Assembly (NCBI GenBank): GCA_963744145.1
Contig: CAVUSO010000001.1
Span: 2,144,001 to 2,208,000 of the forward strand
Direction of reading: 5' to 3'
Source of the DNA: an uncultured cyanobacterium
Lineage (GTDB): Bacteria; Cyanobacteriota; Cyanobacteriia; Cyanobacteriales; CAWUOF01
DNA length: 64,000 bases
Of the stretch, positions 62,864 through 64,000 are shown one piece after another; the stretch's first letter is position 1, and every line of letters starts with the position of its first letter. A program made the translations under genes and the position numbers. The notes beneath the pieces are model-generated. The model did no database searches and had not been told where the DNA came from. It worked only from the letters and a program-made list of their open reading frames with translations.

Positions 62864-63539
62864 TGGAATTTCAGTAAGATTAGGTCAAAATGGCCATCCG
62901 GCCAGGATGTATATGGGGCAATGCCCTGGTCTGCAATCCTCAAGTGCAAGAAAAAAAATTATATTTCTTTACACTTCTTTACTTTAAGCTAATATTATAT
63001 AAATTAACAAAGCGTTCAATATCTCATTTAAGTTAATATATGCTCATTTGCTGGAGTAAGGAGGGACATCAACCTAAGTTTGGGCATTGAGATAATTAGA
63101 CACTTAAGTCAGATTACGATTAAATCAGGATGAATCATAAGTATTAATTTATTAAAATCATCAAAGAGCTTCTAAATAAATAGCTCTAAATTAGATCAGA
63201 CACTCTTGAATAAAGAGTGCTGAGATGATCACTTAATAGCATTAATTTGACATTCAGTAAAAATATTAATTACGCCCCGAATGTTTAAATCGATTTAAGA
63301 GTCAGAAACCTGATTATATCAGCTTTTACATATAGGAATATTGGTGATTAAATAGGGCCAGGCAAAGTAAAAAAAATAAGGGTAAGAAATATATCACAGT
63401 TTAAATGCGTAAGAACTCGCGTCTTCCGAAAATTTCAAAATACGACTAAAATTAAACTAATAACAAATTTTGTACTGGCTATGCCAGAAAGAAACACTAA
63501 GTTCTGCCGGAACAATAAAAGCGAAAATCAACATTAACC

Positions 63540-64000
63540 ATGCAGATAAAAAACTCCCCCATATATTTGCCAGCTCTAGAAAACGTCATTGATCGTTGTC
63601 CATTAATGGTCAATCCGCAAACACCCTTAGTCGAAGTAATTATATTGATGAGCCAGATGCGAAGCACTTGTCTTGTCACCAGTTTCCATCCATCTTCAGA
63701 AGTAAGTATGATGGGTGAAGCAAGAGCTAGTTGTGTTTTGGTAGTAGAGGGATTAAAAATATTAGGAATTTTTACGGAGAAAGATTTAGTCCGGCTCATC
63801 GCCTCGGGTAAGGTAGGAAACCAGCAATCAAATCGGATGGCCGAAATTTGCATATCAGAAGTAATGACAACACAAGTGGTTGTACTTACCCAATCCCCAG
63901 ACCAAGATATTTTTACAGCTTTGTTATTACTGCGTCAACATCGGATTCGTCACCTCCCCATAGTTGATCAGAAAGGGTTATTAATCGGGGTAGTAACACC
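63540..64000 (+). CDS. CBS-domain sensor protein, N-terminal part (runs off the window)
   Basis: Open frame from ATG 63540: MQIKNSPIYLP...ARASCVLVVE...GIFTEKDLV...HRIRHLPIVD, like the N-terminus of 1990..5070. Confidence 0.85.
   Translation, partial: MQIKNSPIYLPALENVIDRCPLMVNPQTPLVEVIILMSQMRSTCLVTSFHPSSEVSMMGEARASCVLVVEGLKILGIFTEKDLVRLIASGKVGNQQSNRMAEICISEVMTTQVVVLTQSPDQDIFTALLLLRQHRIRHLPIVDQKGLLIGVVT

Noticed and set aside
62870..63539. 670-bp AT-rich intergenic region as an ncRNA locus
   Set aside because: No recognisable RNA motif; consistent with divergent promoters
63497..63853. 118-aa minus-strand ORF
   Set aside because: Antisense shadow of the plus-strand CBS-domain gene starting at 63540

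Overview
Low-GC cyanobacterial chromosomal DNA. The HIP1 octamer GCGATCGC is frequent and the gene set is typically cyanobacterial; a filamentous lineage is likely but that is inference. (1) 1-18.4 kb: a co-oriented cluster of about 10 signalling genes. It holds a REC-GGDEF-EAL protein, three hybrid kinases sharing a closely related HK-REC tail, an orphan solute-binding lipoprotein coupled to a membrane kinase, a PAS kinase split at an A8 tract, an Rcp1-like receiver and a decayed second receiver. It also holds a 1514-aa photosensor carrying both a DXCF-type and a far-red-type cyanobacteriochrome GAF. (2) 18.4-36 kb: mostly housekeeping genes (glcE, glcF, ComA-like PLD, NarL-type regulator, SulP, GAF/PAS kinase, ssb, mannose-1-P guanylyltransferase/PMM, gltD) with many small repeat elements between them. 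(3) 36-49 kb: two tandem paralogous TPS/haemagglutinin-repeat-CHAT giant proteins with conserved ends and divergent middles. (4) 49-54 kb: a NupC transporter fused to a helical-repeat domain, a K+ channel and a GNAT. (5) 54-62 kb: an accessory or defence-like island with three Uma2 nucleases, XisI, two back-to-back truncated genes, a VapBC-type TA pair and an ABC-ATPase/TOPRIM-like pair; the last two pairs lie between 33-bp direct repeats. No rRNA, tRNA, CRISPR array, integrase or transposase was recognised. All assignments are by-eye motif recognition, with no database searches.
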